Made by a program: the position numbers and the translations under genes. A stretch of DNA of 64,000 nt, taken from Candidatus Eremiobacteria bacterium (GTDB lineage: Bacteria > Vulcanimicrobiota > Vulcanimicrobiia > Vulcanimicrobiales > Vulcanimicrobiaceae). Of the stretch, positions 60,985 through 64,000 are shown piece after piece. Location of the stretch: assembly GCA_963737065.1 (NCBI GenBank), contig CAVTRC010000002.1:517125-581124 (forward strand). The letters are read 5' to 3'. Positions within the stretch are counted from its first letter, which is position 1. Each line of letters starts with the position of its first letter. A model generated the notes under the pieces. That model did not search any database. It saw only the letters and a list, made by a program, of their open reading frames with translations, and was not told the origin of the DNA.

Positions 60985-62925
60985 TTACGGTACGTCTTTC
61001 TCGAACGTGCGCAAAGTCGCGTGTGCGCCGGTCGCACGTTGCCGTACTTGCGCGACGAACCCGCGGTCCGACGGCGCCACAGTGCCTGGGAAACCCGAAT
61101 CGGGCTCGTCGCTCAGCGACTGTGATGATATCCGTTGCCAAGCTCGAGTTGGCGCACTGTACCGAAACAATACGAGACATGCACCGCGCGTTGCGCAAGC
61201 CCACCGGTCGCCACGGCCCGGCATAACCGCAAGGTTAATCGTCGTTGCCGTCGCCTTTAGCGCTACCGACGCCAGCGAACCTCGTGCCGACGGCTGCGTA
61301 ACGATTCCAGCCGCGGTTGTTTGATCGTTCTTCGGATCGATGATTGCGTAACAGACGGTCAGCGTTCCAGTGCGCGTCTGACAACCGTGAACGATCATGA
61401 CATCGCCGTTCGCCAGCCCGGTAGCGGTTTTGGCTGATGTTACCGGATAATTTGATGTCGTCCCAAACGGCGGCTGCGCTTCCATCCGCATGTCATAGAT
61501 GTATGGTGTCATATCGGCGGGGTAGCCGCCCACCGGTGGGCGGACGAAATACGGACTGTTCGATCCAAGGCGGTCCTCAGCGCGCATGCCCGGAGCAACC
61601 GTGAATGGATATCGGCCGGAACAGTTTGTCCATGTCCAACGGCCGTACTGAGGACCTTGCGATCGAAAACAAGCAATGTTCAGCCCGTACGCGTTATGCG
61701 CAGCTCCCATCCATGTTCCGGTTAGTATCTCGACGTCCATAAGTGAATAGATATACTGACCAACACTTATTGCGCCGCCGAAGAGAAAGTGACGATGCAA
61801 CCCGCTCTGCCGTACGTCGCTTACTTTGTCGATTCCGCGCGCCGAGCCACAGCTGACCGCTCCCGAGCAACTCAGGCGAATTGCCGTTGCCCCGGGCAGC
61901 TCGCGGACGTTGCCGTTCTTGAGCGTGATTCCGATCGCAGCTGGGGCGAGCACTCGTCCTTCGAACCGAAGCGTAGGATCGTACTGCACCTGCATCGCTC
62001 CGAATTGCGAACTCAACGCACTGCATGTTCCGGCAAAGGCTTGAGCGAGACTTTGCGCAACGGCTTGCGCGTCGCCATTCGAGCTTAAGCTCATACTGCA
62101 CGAGCGGCCGCCTATAGAAAGCGCCACCATGCCGGTTCCCGTGCTCGCCTGCACGATGCCGAAGTCAAAATACGCATCGTCGTTCGGCGTAAGCGTTATC
62201 GTTGAAAGACCGTTGCCCGGCGGCGTATGTGAAGACGTAAAATTCCACGGGCCCGCCGCCGTATCGAACGTCGAAGAGCCATGCAGCGTCACGTACCCTT
62301 GCGCACCACTCTGACCACTACGGCTGTTCCCTTGCTCCTGGCCTTCAATGACGGTCACGTCGCCGATCGTCGCAACCGAAGCCTCCGATAATCCCGTGGT
62401 CGGAAGCAAATATTCCGGCGAATCGACTAAGGCCTTGACGATAGAAGCTGCAACGCTAGCCGGTGCAAATTTGAATGGTTGACAGAACCCGCTTGGACAT
62501 GCCCACGATTCCGGGGGACGATTTGCGGCGTACGTGCTCGCCGCTCCATACATTAGGAGATATGCGCCATCGGAAGTTCGGACCATCGATGGCGCATCGT
62601 GATCGCTACGCGCGGTGGTGTAGTTGCCGTTCGGCGGCTGATTCACTTGGCTCGATTCGACCGCGGTGCCGGTGGCTTGATTCCACAGCGCAACGCCAGG
62701 CTGAACGGTGTTGTCAGCGCCGTTAGAGCCGTCCCCTGCAATTGCGAATGCACTCAACAAATAGTTTTGGTTTTGAGTTCGCAAAGCATACGTCGTCCGC
62801 GCGAGATTCACTTCTTGAGAACCCCTCGCCGTAGAAAGGGCCGCGTTCTCTTGTGAGTGCGCCTCTGCGATGAAAAGCCCCACGATGATCGCACCGCCAA
62901 GGACCGTTGCAGACAATCGGTGCAT
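60985..62925 (-). CDS. Large secreted Cys-containing protein with BNR-4-like beta-propeller motif
   Basis: Signal peptide (AHS-Q), AGGAG RBS; DHDAPSMVRTSDGAYLLMYG resembles the BNR-4 family D.H.....DGY motif; tentative. Confidence 0.65.
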   Translation of the reverse strand: MHRLSATVLGGAIIVGLFIAEAHSQENAALSTARGSQEVNLARTTYALRTQNQNYLLSAFAIAGDGSNGADNTVQPGVALWNQATGTAVESSQVNQPPNGNYTTARSDHDAPSMVRTSDGAYLLMYGAASTYAANRPPESWACPSGFCQPFKFAPASVAASIVKALVDSPEYLLPTTGLSEASVATIGDVTVIEGQEQGNSRSGQSGAQGYVTLHGSSTFDTAAGPWNFTSSHTPPGNGLSTITLTPNDDAYFDFGIVQASTGTGMVALSIGGRSCSMSLSSNGDAQAVAQSLAQAFAGTCSALSSQFGAMQVQYDPTLRFEGRVLAPAAIGITLKNGNVRELPGATAIRLSCSGAVSCGSARGIDKVSDVRQSGLHRHFLFGGAISVGQYIYSLMDVEILTGTWMGAAHNAYGLNIACFRSQGPQYGRWTWTNCSGRYPFTVAPGMRAEDRLGSNSPYFVRPPVGGYPADMTPYIYDMRMEAQPPFGTTSNYPVTSAKTATGLANGDVMIVHGCQTRTGTLTVCYAIIDPKNDQTTAAGIVTQPSARGSLASVALKATATTINLAVMPGRGDRWACATRGACLVLFRYSAPTRAWQRISSQSLSDEPDSGFPGTVAPSDRGFVAQVRQRATGAHATLRTFEKDVP

Positions 62926-62932
62926 GATGCTC

Positions 62933-64000
62933 CTATAGACGAGAGTCGCTGCGCGCGTTCACGACCTCGTCCAAAACGTCGGCGAAACGCTTAGCCAAGT
63001 ACGCACTTTCGAACGGCGCTACGGCGCTCGCTTCGACGGTCGATGAACGGCCAGCGCGCGATTCTGTACCGCTTCGAGATTGCGTGCCTAAGGCCGTCGC
63101 TATCCTGGAAACGTTGGCCGGCACCGGTCTGTTCCAAGACTTCGTCGAGAACCATCTTCGGAGGTCCGCCCATCGCGATTATTTTACGTCGTGCGCCAAG
63201 ATACTCGAAAAGCTTTCCCGTATATGTGCCGCTCTCATGCGGGCCGTCAGAGGAACACCAGCAGGCGTGTTGCGGCGCGTTCCAGACGTAAAATCTGCTC
63301 GCGTGGAGCATTGCCGTGAACGCGCACGACGTCGTCCAAACCGAGCCGCGATATCGCGTTTGTGAGCCATTCGCCTTGTCGCCCGTATAGCTCTACGGCT
63401 ATTTCCGAACGCGCAATTGTTCCTGATTTCAGAAGTTCAGCGAGCGTTTCAAAGAATGGGCGCGGATCTCGACCACCCTCATAGAGTTGCCCGGGGTGTA
63501 AGAATGTCGCCCGCTTTGGTTCGGCAAATGGCACACCGATCCACTCCCGTTCGGAGAACGCATTCGGTATGCTGTGTACCGCTGTACTCGGATATCGGTT
63601 ACGCAAATCTTCCGCGAGTGGTTCGGAAACAATCGTCAATGCGGATGCCGTTTGAAACGTGTGAGGCTCCAAGAGACCATCGATCGACACAAGAGCCTTC
63701 GGAAAGATCGCATCGTCTCTCCGGTACCACGGATCGCGAAGGTCCGCGATCCATGGGACAGCGCCGTGCGCGCGCGCAGCCACAAGATGAGTCGCTGCGG
63801 GAGGCGATGTCGATATAATCGCGTCGAAGCGCTGTTCTCGAACTAGTTCGCGAACGGCCTGCGTGCCTGCCCGCAACCAGCCGAATCTCGAATTCGCATA
63901 CTCGCCTACGGGCGTACGCCGTGCGGGCTACGCGCTGTTTAAGCTCGCTTCGCGCGCGAGCTCCGTTCGCAGATTCTCCACCGGCGGCAATTTCGCCAGC
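62933..64000 (-). CDS. GT4-like glycosyltransferase, partial (start outside window), frameshifted
   Basis: DAIISTSPP..HLVA, PWIADLRDPW, IPNAF, GQLYEGGRDP, GKLFEYLGA. Confidence 0.85.

Overview
GC-rich bacterial chromosome window with two halves. The mix of monoderm-type genes (five-PASTA Ser/Thr kinase, PbpA, ruvCAB-spoIID-queA) and outer-membrane machinery (RND outer membrane factor, Wza) suggests a diderm Terrabacteria lineage such as Eremiobacterota/Armatimonadota; this is an inference. Positions 1-32 kb are nearly all minus-strand housekeeping: RND efflux operon, quinone oxidoreductase, queA, spoIID-like, ruvBAC, pknB, pbpA, carB, pdxH, a MoxR/DUF58/vWA/BatD-like operon, carA, marC, pyrC, pyrB, pyrR and valS. 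A 183-bp structured inverted-repeat element lies between pyrB and pyrC. Positions 32-64 kb are a large Wzx/Wzy-type exopolysaccharide locus: DegT aminotransferase, two orphan response regulators, priming transferase, wza/wzc/wzx/wzy-like genes, at least 7 glycosyltransferases, a GNAT protein, a D-glucuronyl C5-epimerase, two paralogous putative glycoside-hydrolase lipoproteins and a BNR-like secreted protein. The locus is interrupted by an IS110 element with a long structured 5' non-coding region (candidate bridge RNA), whose 3' end is cut by an IS481 element. Many locus genes carry indels that look like long-read consensus errors. I saw no rRNA, tRNA or CRISPR array.
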